Virus record (IMG/VR): IMGVR_UViG_3300044476_000120
Location: 1-55,944 of that record
From: a virus
Lineage: Duplodnaviria; Caudoviricetes
Reading direction: 5' to 3' (one strand)
Length of the DNA: 55,944 nucleotides
Shown here: piece after piece, positions 17,131 through 26,371 of the stretch
Numbering within the stretch: position 1 is the first letter of the stretch
How the letters are laid out: each line of letters begins with the position of its first letter
Position numbers and translations under genes: made by a program
Notes under the pieces: model-generated
Databases searched by the model: none
Seen by the model: the letters and a program-made list of their open reading frames with translations, nothing else
What the model was told of the DNA's origin: nothing

Positions 17131-17514
17131 TCACTCATCGTGCGCGGACCAGAGGTCTGCCAGATCGTCTCCCTCGGAGGGATCCGGAGCGCGCTCGCCC
17201 CGGGGCAGTACGTCGGGGTCGTCCACGTCGATGGCCTCGTACTCGGCAACAGGCTCCGCCTGCGTCCCTGCGTACACCGCGATCCTCTCCCCAGACGCCC
17301 TCGCTGCCAGAGACTCGAGAGTCTCCCCTCCCAGCAGTTCGGGGTACGCCTCGAACAGGGCGACCCGGGCGTGGAGGACGCGCTGCTCCGCGTCTCGTAC
17401 GGCGACCTCTGCAATGGCCAGGGCCTCGGCGCACGCGGCTCTCTGGCCCTTCTCGGACGCCAGGTCCATCAGCCGGTCGTCGATCTCCTCCGCAAGTTCG
17501 CGGACTGTCTTCAC
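17131..17514 (-). CDS. Hypothetical protein
   Basis: GGAGG RBS; overlapping stop/start. Confidence 0.65.
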   Translation of the reverse strand: MKTVRELAEEIDDRLMDLASEKGQRAACAEALAIAEVAVRDAEQRVLHARVALFEAYPELLGGETLESLAARASGERIAVYAGTQAEPVAEYEAIDVDDPDVLPRGERAPDPSEGDDLADLWSAHDE

Positions 17515-17630
17515 GGCGAGTCCTCCAGGGCCATCTGGATGTCGTCCAGCACGCCGAAGACCTTGAGTGTGACGTGTAGAGCAGCGATGACCGGCAGGGC
17601 CACGGCGGTCCGGAGCAGACTGCGCTGCAT
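17511..17630 (-). CDS. Small hydrophobic protein (39 aa)
   Basis: MQRSLLRTAVALPVIAALHV...; coupled to neighbours. Confidence 0.5.
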   Translation of the reverse strand: MQRSLLRTAVALPVIAALHVTLKVFGVLDDIQMALEDSP

Positions 17631-17845
17631 CACGTCTCCTTGTCCGGGTCGTCGGACACCATCTCCGGCAGCGGGTGGGCCTCGCATGCCCACAGCCTCA
17701 TGGTGCGGGCTCCCCCGGCGCTGAAGACGAGGACGCGCTGGATCACGAACGGCTCCAGACTGCTGGACTTGGAGCACCAGCGCATGTCGGCTGCGTCGTC
17801 GGCGATCTTGTCGCTGGCAACGACCATGGCATCTGTGATCCTCAC
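17630..17845 (-). CDS. Hypothetical protein
   Basis: GTGA overlap with upstream gene. Confidence 0.5.
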   Translation of the reverse strand: MRITDAMVVASDKIADDAADMRWCSKSSSLEPFVIQRVLVFSAGGARTMRLWACEAHPLPEMVSDDPDKET

Positions 17846-18207
17846 GACGGCACCCCGCCGTACCAGAAGCCGAAGCAGCGGTCGCACCGCCACCCTCGGG
17901 CCTCTGGGTGGACTCGACCCTCGGCGCAGAACTCACACTTGCGCCACACGAGCAGCGGGTGCCCATCGGGGAGCGGGCTGTCGTACGGGGGAGGCTCCAG
18001 GATCGTCTGCTCGAGCCCGGCCATCTCCGCCGCTGCCTCTGCGGCCCTGGCCTCGACCATCTTGGCGATGAGACGCTGCGACTCTTCCTTGGTCCTCATC
18101 ACTTCGACCCGGCGCGCGGCCAGCGCCTGCGCGGCCCAGATTCGGCGTCGCATCTGCTCGTCGCTCTCGGTCTCGTCCTGCTTGCGGGTGATGCTCTCTC
18201 TGGTCAT
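17842..18207 (-). CDS. Hypothetical protein with C-terminal CxxC..CxxC
   Basis: GGAGG RBS; CEFC...CDRC. Confidence 0.65.
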   Translation of the reverse strand: MTRESITRKQDETESDEQMRRRIWAAQALAARRVEVMRTKEESQRLIAKMVEARAAEAAAEMAGLEQTILEPPPYDSPLPDGHPLLVWRKCEFCAEGRVHPEARGWRCDRCFGFWYGGVPS

Positions 18208-18290
18208 GGCGGTTCCTCCTTGTTCCTGTTCGGACGGAGCCCAGCCTACCTCCCCGTCCGGGGCCGACGCAAGACACTCTCTGGATCTCC

Positions 18291-18415
18291 CGCCCATCGT
18301 CGCCCATCGACCCATCGATGGGTTCGTGGGTCGTCGTGGTTCTCGCCGTTCCCGGGCGCTTGCCCATCGTCGCCCATCGTCGCCCATCGATGGGTTCGTG
18401 GGTCGTCGTGGGTTC
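18291..18415. repeat. Duplicated CGCCCATCG units with CCCATCGATGGG palindrome
   Basis: Two ~55-bp copies ending GGGTTCGTGGGTCGTCGTGG. Confidence 0.85.
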
Positions 18416-18425
18416 CATAACGAGA

Positions 18426-18469
18426 GACAGCCCTCTCCTCGGCGCTGCGCGAGCCTGGAGAGGGCTGTC
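18426..18469 (-). terminator. Stem-loop
   Basis: 13-bp IR GACAGCCCTCTCC/GGAGAGGGCTGTC after the stop at 18481. Confidence 0.55.
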
Positions 18470-18480
18470 CGGGTAGAACC

Positions 18481-18654
18481 CTACCTGCTGTCGTCGACGT
18501 CCTCCCACGGCTCGCCGATCACGCCGCCATCGACAGTGACGAAGCCGTCGGGAGCGGCGGGGTCCGTCGTCTCGTCGGCCAGCGCCACCGTCGAGAAGAC
18601 GGCGAAGATCACGATGGCCAGGCCGATGACGGCGATGGCCCAGGTCCTCTGCAT
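18481..18654 (-). CDS. Small membrane or secreted protein
   Basis: N-terminal hydrophobic helix ending ALA, acidic tail. Confidence 0.6.
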   Translation of the reverse strand: MQRTWAIAVIGLAIVIFAVFSTVALADETTDPAAPDGFVTVDGGVIGEPWEDVDDSR

Positions 18655-18745
18655 GTCAGTGTCCCTTCGTCCGTCGGTTCTCCTTGAGTCGCCTGTCCTT
18701 CTTGGTGCCCTTGCTCGGCTTCCCGCCCACCCGGTCCACCTCCTC

Positions 18746-19213
18746 TCAGGAGAGCATCTCTCGCTCTTCGGCGCTGAACTCCTGGGGCGCAGGCGCGAGC
18801 CCGCGAGGGTCGTTGAGGATCCCCCGGAAGAGGGCCTCGATCGGATCCTCCGCCACGACCTCGACCTTGTCCGGGACCTTGCCCATCGTCCGCTCCATGA
18901 TGGTCTGCGCGGCCCGGAGCCTGACGCCGGCATCGATGTTGGGGTCGTCGGCCAGCGCGACCAGCGTCCCGATCCCCTTCTCGAGCAGGGCCTCACGCAA
19001 CTTGGCGTTCGCCCGGTTCAGCCACTCCCGGCGCATCGCCTGAACGAGTTCGACTGGCACCACCTTCGGCGGACGCCCACGGAACGAGCCGTCGAGCGAC
19101 CGCAACTGGCCCCGGCTCAACTCCTCGTCGTCAAGGTCGTCCACCGTGATCTTGCCTGCCAGGAACATGGCATACCGGCCCTGGAGCCGGATGTACGTGT
19201 CGTGGTCAGCCAT
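18746..19213 (-). CDS. Putative terminase small subunit
   Basis: VDDLDDEEL.RGQLR..DG.FRGRPP, RLRAAQTIMERTMGK; upstream of terL. Confidence 0.7.
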   Translation of the reverse strand: MADHDTYIRLQGRYAMFLAGKITVDDLDDEELSRGQLRSLDGSFRGRPPKVVPVELVQAMRREWLNRANAKLREALLEKGIGTLVALADDPNIDAGVRLRAAQTIMERTMGKVPDKVEVVAEDPIEALFRGILNDPRGLAPAPQEFSAEEREMLS

Positions 19214-19231
19214 CTCTTCAGCCTCCCCCTC

Positions 19232-19405
19232 TCAGGTGCTTAGCCCACCCGGGTCATGTAGGACGTCGGGCGTGCTGGTCTCGTCCGTGGGATCCGTGGC
19301 GTACAGCAGGCGGAGTTGCTCGTACGGCTCCACCACCAGGTTGGGCGGAGGCTGGATGCCGTTGGTGGAGTCGGTGTCCGCCCCACCATACTCTGAAGGC
19401 TTCAT
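19232..19405 (-). CDS. Hypothetical 57-aa protein
   Basis: Not in ORF track; MKPSEYGGADTDSTNGIQPPPNL...; GAGAGGA RBS. Confidence 0.5.
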   Translation of the reverse strand: MKPSEYGGADTDSTNGIQPPPNLVVEPYEQLRLLYATDPTDETSTPDVLHDPGGLST

Positions 19406-19612
19406 CTCGCGTCCTCTCAGGGCCGAGGAGCGCCGCTCGACGCCCCGGGGTGGTACCCACCCACTGCGGGCATCATACCCCGGAGAGGCACGTCTCGGGG
19501 CGTCCGCCTCCCGGGGCGAGCCCAGCGTCCCGGGCCGTCACATTCTCAATGCGATCCGAAGAGTGCCCACGGGCCACCGCTACTTTCGACGAAACGGGTG
19601 CGACGCCGGTGG

Positions 19613-19955
19613 CGTTATTTGAAACCAAGAAGCGCTCATCTATCTGGAACCATGTTCTGAGGTACGAAACTGTATCGTGGCTGGTCGGGTGAGGTTTCCG
19701 GTGCTCGAGTTAGAGGTACGGTGAGGTACGCGGTGAGGTACGGTGAGGTACGGCAGCCGTTATTTGCAGGCGTAAGTTGACCGTTATTTGCCGTTATTTG
19801 AGCGTTAGTTGCGACCAAATAACGCCAATCTGAGGTACGGCACTGCGTCGAAACTTCGATTCCCCTCAGGGACGTACCTCAACGTACCTCAGAACGTGGT
19901 TTCATTCAGTAGTAGTAGTTCTTAGAACAAATAACGGTCAGGTAGTCAAATAACG
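19613..19955. repeat. Iteron-like array; candidate replication origin
   Basis: 8 x GAGGTACG and 7 x CGTTATTTG in both orientations, in a relatively AT-rich non-coding strand-switch region. Confidence 0.8.
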
Positions 19956-20062
19956 CTCGACGCCTTCTCACATGTACGTTCACACACCCCCTGACCCCCT
20001 CTTCCGGAAACTCCGCTCGGCACCCAGCCGAACGCCGAAACGACGCACCCGGCCACCCCAGG

Positions 20063-20092
20063 TTGCGCGCCACCCACCCCATGGGGTACGCT
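20063..20092 (+). promoter_or_regulatory. SigA-like promoter for the replication arm
   Basis: TTGCGC-N18-TACGCT, 8 nt before GTG at 20101. Confidence 0.5.
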
Positions 20093-20275
20093 CTGCCCCC
20101 GTGACCCACACCACCGCCACGTCGAGGCCAGGACTGCGATCGGCCGCTGCCCGGACCTCGACGTGGCAGTGTGGGGACGAGATCCGGATCGCCGGTCTCC
20201 GATCCCACGACGGCCTGTTGCCGATCTGAGCGGCCCGACCCGGCCAGCGCCGACGAGACGCTAGCCTTGGGCCCC

Positions 20276-20491
20276 ATGAACAACCACAGCCCTGATCCCT
20301 CTCCGGAGAGGCAGCCTCGCCGCAACGCCTGCGATGCGACGAGAACCACCATCAGCGGCCGGGTCTTTGTCTGCTGTCTCCGAGAGCACAGCAACGACCC
20401 GTCGGCCCACTACTTCCGCGACCAGGTCGCCACGGTGCGACCGCTCAGGCACAAGCAGCACCTGACGCTGCTCGCTGGTGGCCTGTCGTGA
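20276..20491 (+). CDS. Hypothetical Cys/His-containing protein
   Basis: GTGA overlap with the VRR-Nuc gene. Confidence 0.5.
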   Translation: MNNHSPDPSPERQPRRNACDATRTTISGRVFVCCLREHSNDPSAHYFRDQVATVRPLRHKQHLTLLAGGLS

Positions 20492-20835
20492 TCCCGGCCC
20501 GCAGCGGAAACGCGCACCTGGAGTCGAACCTGGAGGCGTTCCTCGCGCTCAGGGTGCGGCGTCTTGGAGGGGTCACGATCAAGATGGCGCCGATCGTCGC
20601 CGGGATGCCGGACCGGATGGTCCTGCTGCCCGGGGGAGGAGCGTACTTCGTCGAGTTGAAGCAACTCAACGGCAGGACATCTGCAATCCAGCGGGTGTGG
20701 CACGATCGCTTCGCGGAGTTGGGGTCTCCGGTGTACGTGATCCACAACAAACTCGGCGTGCTGGAGTTCCTCCGAGAGCGGGTGGATGCTCTCGGTCCAC
20801 ATAGCGGGGACACCGACCGCCAGCAGAAGGCGTAG
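20488..20835 (+). CDS. VRR-Nuc domain nuclease
   Basis: GMPDR...FVELK..Q..W PD-(D/E)XK signature. Confidence 0.9.
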   Translation: MIPARSGNAHLESNLEAFLALRVRRLGGVTIKMAPIVAGMPDRMVLLPGGGAYFVELKQLNGRTSAIQRVWHDRFAELGSPVYVIHNKLGVLEFLRERVDALGPHSGDTDRQQKA

Positions 20836-20894
20836 AGTAGGCGACCCAGCGCCGACCGTAACCACGGCACGACCCCACGCATGGAGGAACCGCC

Positions 20895-20984
20895 ATGATC
20901 CCATCCGCCACATCTGAACCGCCATGGCAGGCTGCCACCGTCCCCTACCCGGGCGCTCGGAGTCCATACCTGGGGCAGCAATGA
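20895..20984 (+). CDS. 29-aa peptide coupled to the helicase
   Basis: GGAGG RBS; ATGA overlap with the helicase start. Confidence 0.45.
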   Translation: MIPSATSEPPWQAATVPYPGARSPYLGQQ

Positions 20985-22333
20985 GCACCCCGACGCTCCA
21001 CGACTACCAGCACGTGGCCGTGGAGTTCCTCCGGGGCCAGGACCGGGCAGCGCTGATGCTGGACATGGGTCTGGGCAAGACGGCCTGCGTGCTGACAGCC
21101 CTGACTCCGGACCACCTTCCGTGTCTGGTCGTGGCGCCCAAGCGCGTGGCCGAGGACGTGTGGGACGTGGAGCGAGACATCTGGCGACCCGACCTCTCAA
21201 TCACCGTCGCCGCTGGCACCCCCGAGAAGCGCCGAGAGGCCCTGCTCTCGGGCTCGGACATCGTGGTGTTGGGTAGGGACAACCTTCGCGACCTCAACAC
21301 CGTAGACGTCCCGTTTCGCACGCTGGTGGTCGACGAACTCAGCGGCTTCAAGACAAGGTCGTCCGTCCGCTGGAAGACCGCCCGGAAGTTCATCTCCCGG
21401 GGCGTGAAGCACGTGTGGGGCCTCACCGGGACCCCAGCGCCCAACGGGTACCTCGACCTCTGGGGGCAGATCGCCCTGCTGGACGGAGGCGAGCGCCTTG
21501 GCAAGAACATCACGACGTACCGATCCCGCTACTTCTTCCCCGGTCGCCAACTGCCCTCCGGCGTCATCATCGAGTGGATCATGCGGCCCGGCGCCGACGT
21601 GAAGATCCGGGAGCGGATCCAGGACATCTGCCTCGCCATGGCGACGGACGGCCGGGTCACGCTGCCCGAGATCACCTTCAACGACGTCTACGTCGATCTC
21701 CCAGCGCCCGTCCGGAAGGCGTACCGTGAACTGGAGACCAACCTGGTGGTCGACCTGCGGTCCGTGTTCGACGACGCGCACCTGCACACCGCTGGCAACG
21801 CGGCCATCCTGACGTCCCGACTCTCCCAGATGACGGCCGGATTCCTCTACGTCGACGACGCCGACCTGCACGAGTACGCCCACACCCTCCTGCACACGCA
21901 GAAGATCGACGCGCTGCGGGAGATCATGGAGTCGGAGCGCGTGGGCGGCGTGCTGGTCTTCTACCGCTACACCGCCGAGCGCGACATGATCATGCGTGCC
22001 TTCCCGGACGTCGCGCACCTGATCGACGAGCCCGACGTGGTCAAGCGCTGGAACGCCGGTGAGATCCCCATGCTGCTCGCGCACCCGGCCAGCGCCGGGC
22101 ACGGCCTCAACCTGCAGCACGGCGGGCACACCATCGTGTGGACGTCCCCGACGTGGGACCTGGAGCACTGGGACCAGGCCAACAAGCGGCTCGCCCGGCA
22201 GGGCCAGAAGCACCCCGTCATCATCCATCTGATCCTCGCCCGGAACACGGTCGACTCCATGATCCGCGGACGGTTGCGTGACAAGTCGACCGTGCAGCAG
22301 GACCTGCTGGCCTTCCTCGAGAGCCCGGTGTGA
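20981..22333 (+). CDS. SNF2-type (SF2) DNA helicase
   Basis: DMGLGKT, VVDELS, LTGTP, GHGLNLQ, RLARQGQ. Confidence 0.92.
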   Translation: MSTPTLHDYQHVAVEFLRGQDRAALMLDMGLGKTACVLTALTPDHLPCLVVAPKRVAEDVWDVERDIWRPDLSITVAAGTPEKRREALLSGSDIVVLGRDNLRDLNTVDVPFRTLVVDELSGFKTRSSVRWKTARKFISRGVKHVWGLTGTPAPNGYLDLWGQIALLDGGERLGKNITTYRSRYFFPGRQLPSGVIIEWIMRPGADVKIRERIQDICLAMATDGRVTLPEITFNDVYVDLPAPVRKAYRELETNLVVDLRSVFDDAHLHTAGNAAILTSRLSQMTAGFLYVDDADLHEYAHTLLHTQKIDALREIMESERVGGVLVFYRYTAERDMIMRAFPDVAHLIDEPDVVKRWNAGEIPMLLAHPASAGHGLNLQHGGHTIVWTSPTWDLEHWDQANKRLARQGQKHPVIIHLILARNTVDSMIRGRLRDKSTVQQDLLAFLESPV

Positions 22334-22557
22334 TGGCGAGCGACGGTCAGTACATCATCCAGTACCTCGGCCCCCACGGATGGTGGGTCGGGCACGGGGG
22401 CATCGACCTGAGAGATCCGGTCGCCTACGCCAGGGGAGTGAACAAGGCGCGAGCAGCGCGAATCATCGATAAGGAGACAGGCGAGATCCTGGGACTGCCC
22501 GGGTGCTCGATCTGTGGGGAGGCCCATACCGGGCCGGACGGAGGGTGCTTGCTGTGA
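22330..22557 (+). CDS. Small protein with C-terminal CxxC-H-DGxCLL motif
   Basis: Coupled ORF; ends CSICGEAHTGPDGGCLL. Confidence 0.65.
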   Translation: MMASDGQYIIQYLGPHGWWVGHGGIDLRDPVAYARGVNKARAARIIDKETGEILGLPGCSICGEAHTGPDGGCLL

Positions 22558-22847
22558 CGATGACGAGACTCGAGTATCTCGGGAACCATGGATGGTCGAC
22601 GGGGATCACCGTCGACCTCCTCCACCCGGAGCGCTTCCCGGAGCGCCTCCGGGCCAAGGGCAAGTTCGGGCGCGCCATCACCGCCGACGGGCGCATCTTC
22701 GTCTCCCCCGACGTCCCGGCCGACCCACGCATCCTCCGCCAGACCACAGAGGGCTTCTGGCCTTGGAAGTTGCCGACTCCCGGCGCTGCCTGCCCTGTGT
22801 GCGACGTCGAGCACGAGCGCCCGTTCGACGGGAGTTGCCTGCTCTGA
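22554..22847 (+). CDS. Small protein with C-terminal CxxC-H-DGxCLL motif
   Basis: Coupled ORF; ends CPVCDVEHERPFDGSCLL. Confidence 0.65.
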   Translation: MTMTRLEYLGNHGWSTGITVDLLHPERFPERLRAKGKFGRAITADGRIFVSPDVPADPRILRQTTEGFWPWKLPTPGAACPVCDVEHERPFDGSCLL

Positions 22848-25234
22848 TGAACGACGCCGTCTACCCGGTCGCCTACGCCGACCGCCCCAACGAGTACCAC
22901 TGGAAGCAGGACTCCATCACCTGGGAAGCGCTCACCGCGATGGTGACCGGGACCCCGGCCCGACGCAAGGAGTGCGGCAACTACATCCTGGCCACGCTGG
23001 ACCGTACAGAGAAGGTGCACGCCGGGGCCGACGGGCCCTGCACCGACATCCACCGGGACAACCGATCGGTCTCACGCCGGTCTGCCGTTCTCGCGCTGGA
23101 CATCGACAACCCGGACGACGGGTTCGACGTCACCGTGGAGATGGTGCTCGCCGGGCACGCCTACCTGCTGCACACGACCTTCTCGTCCACGCCAGCGGAG
23201 CCCCGGTACCGGCTGCTCGTCCAGGTGGACCGAGACATGGCCCCGGATGAGTACGTCGCCGCTGCGCAGGCCATGGCAGTCCGGCTGGGGGAGGAGCAGT
23301 TCGACTCGGGCTCGTTCCAGGCCGCTCGCTACATGTTCAAGCCGGGAGCGAAGAAGCGCGAGTGGTACGAGTCCTGGGTCGGTGAGGGCGAGCCCGTGGC
23401 CGTGGACACGCTGCTGGCAGAGTGGGACCGGGACCTCTCCGAGATGCCGATGCCAACCCCGTCCCGCACCAAGCGGGATCCCTTCAACATCGGGGGCCCC
23501 ATCGGAGCCTTCAACCGTGTGTACGTCGACCTGGACGACCTGATCGAGGCCTACGCGCTCCCCTACGAGCGTGTGTCTGACGACCGGTACAGTTTGACCG
23601 GCAGCAAGGCAGAGGCTGGGATGGGGCCTGTCTCGGGCGCTCCAGGCCTGTTCTACTCGCACCACGCCAACGACCCGGCCTACGGTGTCACGTGCTCAGC
23701 CTTCGACCTCGTACGCCTGCACTGGTTCTCTGAACTGGATGAGTCCGCAAAGCCCGGTACGCCGGTGAACCGTCTGCCCTCCCATGAGCAGATGATGGAG
23801 ACCGCCACCAAGGACAAGCGCGTCATCGAGGAGATCTTCTCCAGCCAGACCGACGACATCAAGAACGACTTCGACGCCATCACCCCGGACGATGCAGATG
23901 ACGGCGACGACACCGGCCCGTCCTGGAGGTCCAGGCTGACCCTGACGGCCCGGGGCAAGTTCATCGACAACATCCACAACACCGACCTCATCCGCCGCAA
24001 CGACCCGGTGTTCGCCACGCTGCGGCACAACCTCATGACGGAGGCCGTGGAGGTCGCGGGGGACTGGCTCCCGTGGCGCGCCGTCACCGGCGCGACGCGG
24101 CTCTTCACGGACTCCGACCACATCGCCCTGCGTTGGTACCTCGAGCGGACCTACGCCTACGAGCCCAAGGTCGACAAGACCCGCGACATGGTGCTGGCCC
24201 ACGCCAGCGAGAACCCCATCGTCCCGGTGCTCGCGTACCTGGAGAGCCTGGTGTGGGACGGCAAGCCGAGGATCGCCACGTGCCTCCCCGGGGCCGAGCA
24301 CAACGACTACAACGCCATGGTCGCGCGCAAGATCCTGACGTCTGCCGTCGCCCGCATGTACCGCCCGGGGATGAAGTGGGACCACACGATGGTCCTGCAC
24401 GGCGGAGAGGGCCTGGGCAAGTCCCTGTGGATCGACCGCATGGCCACCGTGGGCCCGCCCGGGGAGGACCGCCAGACGTACTCCGCGTCGCTGGGTCCCA
24501 TCAATAGCAAGGACACCCTGCTCACGGCGCACCGCTCGTGGATCATGACGGCCGACGAGGGCCACTCCCTCCGCAAGGCCGACAACGACGCGCTCAAGGA
24601 GTTCCTGACGCGGACGCATGACGTGTTCCGCATGCCGTACACCCGGGACACCAAGGCGTACCCGCGCCGGTTCGTCGTCTGGTCCACGACCAACGACGAC
24701 ACCTTCCTGCAGCGGCAGGAGGGCAACCGTCGGTTCCTGGTGGTCCGGTGCCTGGAGAAGTTCGACATCGACGCCATGACGCCGGACTACGTGGACCAGG
24801 TCTGGGCCGAGGCCGTCGTCCTGTTCAAGGCCGGAGAGCGGATGTACCTTCACGAGGAGGAAGCCATGGTCGCCAAGGAAGAGCGGGAGCCGTTCCTGGA
24901 GGAGGACGCCCACGCGGGCACCATCTCCGAGTTTCTGGAGACGCTCGTCCCGGAGGACTGGTACGAGCGCTCGGCAGACAGCCGGATGCAGTGGCTCGAG
25001 GACCGGTCGCAAGGCTTCGAGCCGGAGGGGACCATGGCCATCGACCGGACCTGCACGCAGCAGATCTGGTACGAGGTTCTCCGTCAGGGTCGTACCCGGG
25101 CCAAGGCGCCGCGCACCGAACTGCTCGAGATCGGGAAGAGCCTCCGGGCGCTGGGGTGGGTCCCCAGCGGGACGCAGCGATTCCCAGGCCATGGACCTCA
25201 GGTCATCTTCGTCAACGGGCAGGACCTGCTGTGA
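22847..25234 (+). CDS. DNA primase/helicase (AEP-like N-terminus + VirE/VapE P-loop)
   Basis: LDID, HTTFS..PRYR, YSHHANDP; GGEGLGKS, EGNRRF. Confidence 0.88.
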   Translation: MNDAVYPVAYADRPNEYHWKQDSITWEALTAMVTGTPARRKECGNYILATLDRTEKVHAGADGPCTDIHRDNRSVSRRSAVLALDIDNPDDGFDVTVEMVLAGHAYLLHTTFSSTPAEPRYRLLVQVDRDMAPDEYVAAAQAMAVRLGEEQFDSGSFQAARYMFKPGAKKREWYESWVGEGEPVAVDTLLAEWDRDLSEMPMPTPSRTKRDPFNIGGPIGAFNRVYVDLDDLIEAYALPYERVSDDRYSLTGSKAEAGMGPVSGAPGLFYSHHANDPAYGVTCSAFDLVRLHWFSELDESAKPGTPVNRLPSHEQMMETATKDKRVIEEIFSSQTDDIKNDFDAITPDDADDGDDTGPSWRSRLTLTARGKFIDNIHNTDLIRRNDPVFATLRHNLMTEAVEVAGDWLPWRAVTGATRLFTDSDHIALRWYLERTYAYEPKVDKTRDMVLAHASENPIVPVLAYLESLVWDGKPRIATCLPGAEHNDYNAMVARKILTSAVARMYRPGMKWDHTMVLHGGEGLGKSLWIDRMATVGPPGEDRQTYSASLGPINSKDTLLTAHRSWIMTADEGHSLRKADNDALKEFLTRTHDVFRMPYTRDTKAYPRRFVVWSTTNDDTFLQRQEGNRRFLVVRCLEKFDIDAMTPDYVDQVWAEAVVLFKAGERMYLHEEEAMVAKEEREPFLEEDAHAGTISEFLETLVPEDWYERSADSRMQWLEDRSQGFEPEGTMAIDRTCTQQIWYEVLRQGRTRAKAPRTELLEIGKSLRALGWVPSGTQRFPGHGPQVIFVNGQDLL

Positions 25235-25968
25235 CCACTATCATGCGGATCGTCGAGCGCTTCACGATGACCGTCGACGCGCCTCCCCCGGGCCGCGACG
25301 CCTGGTTCCTGGACTACGTCCTGCGGTCGCCGCAGTCTGCCGGTCGCCATCTCACCGCCGGGTGGCTGGCGCTCAACCGGGTGCAGGAGTTGTACCCCGA
25401 CGTCGCCAGCGCGGAGGAGTGGTTCGGTGGCATGGGTGCGCAGGGTCTGATGGTCCAGGACCTGTTCCCGATCCGTCCCGGGGCCCACTACGTCGGTGAG
25501 TTCGACAGGGACGCAGTCCGGCACCTGCACCGCGTGATGCCGGACGGGGTGAACGTCGGCTTCCGCGATGCCTATGTTCCAGCGCCAGCACCCCGGGTCG
25601 ACCTGCACGTCCTGGACTTCGGAGACCTGACAGCGTGGAAGACCCGAGAGGGCGAGCGCCACCACGACCTGCTGGATCGTGTGTTCGCTGCTCATCCCCG
25701 GGCGGTGGTACTGACGGACATCGCGTGCCGGTATCTGCACCTTCACCGAGAGCGCTACGAGACGCTCCTCGGCCCGGGGACCTGCGGGTCGTATGAGGAC
25801 TACCTCTACGCTCTGGCGGACCGGATCGAGGGCCTCTGGGACTACTCGCTCGCGGACGGATGGATGGACCGCTGGTCAACCGTGATGGTCCTGGTGCCGA
25901 AGAGCGAGAACGTGCTCGGCATCTTCCAGCCGACGCCGGACTCGCCGGTGGGCCTAGAGGTCTTCTAA
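25231..25968 (+). CDS. Class I SAM-dependent methyltransferase-like protein
   Basis: EEWFGGMG (motif I), GEFD, DAY, DLHVLDF; lacks DPPY and PC motifs. Confidence 0.55.
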   Translation: MTTIMRIVERFTMTVDAPPPGRDAWFLDYVLRSPQSAGRHLTAGWLALNRVQELYPDVASAEEWFGGMGAQGLMVQDLFPIRPGAHYVGEFDRDAVRHLHRVMPDGVNVGFRDAYVPAPAPRVDLHVLDFGDLTAWKTREGERHHDLLDRVFAAHPRAVVLTDIACRYLHLHRERYETLLGPGTCGSYEDYLYALADRIEGLWDYSLADGWMDRWSTVMVLVPKSENVLGIFQPTPDSPVGLEVF

Positions 25969-26063
25969 GAAAGTTAGCGATCCGACTAGCGTCCTAGGTC
26001 GAGGTACGGTATCGTTGTACTCGTTGGGCCGACCGGGGCCCACGGAACCGAAGGAGCCGAGAC
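25967..26063 (+). promoter_or_regulatory. Repeated promoter cassette, copy C
   Basis: AAGAAAGTTAGCGATCCGA-CTAGCG-N18-TATCGT...ACGGAACCGAAGGAG. Confidence 0.85.
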
Positions 26064-26369
26064 GTGAACGCCGACCTCTCCAAGTACGTCGTCCAGGAGG
26101 GCCCGTTCGCTGGGGCCCGGGTCGTGCCGCCGACCCAGAAGCACTTCCCAGCGATGTGGGAGTGCATGCTCGGGACCGTCTACGCCTCCAACGGGGTCGA
26201 GACCCGCTACTTCGACTATCGCTGGGAGGAGGCACGTGCCTTCTGCGGCGCCGACCTCCCGGGTGCCGACCTCCGGATCGCCAAGTGCAGGTTCGGCTCC
26301 GAGACTCGTCGGGTCGGCCAGCGCACGCTCTACGTCCACACGTCCATCCGCGCCACCAAGGAGTCCTGA
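26064..26369 (+). CDS. Hypothetical protein, first gene of cassette C
   Basis: GTG after the cassette RBS. Confidence 0.75.
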   Translation: MNADLSKYVVQEGPFAGARVVPPTQKHFPAMWECMLGTVYASNGVETRYFDYRWEEARAFCGADLPGADLRIAKCRFGSETRRVGQRTLYVHTSIRATKES

Positions 26370-26371
26370 TC

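Noticed and set aside
19613-19955. Repeats as a mini-CRISPR array
   Set aside because: Units are only 8-10 bp, irregularly spaced and in both orientations
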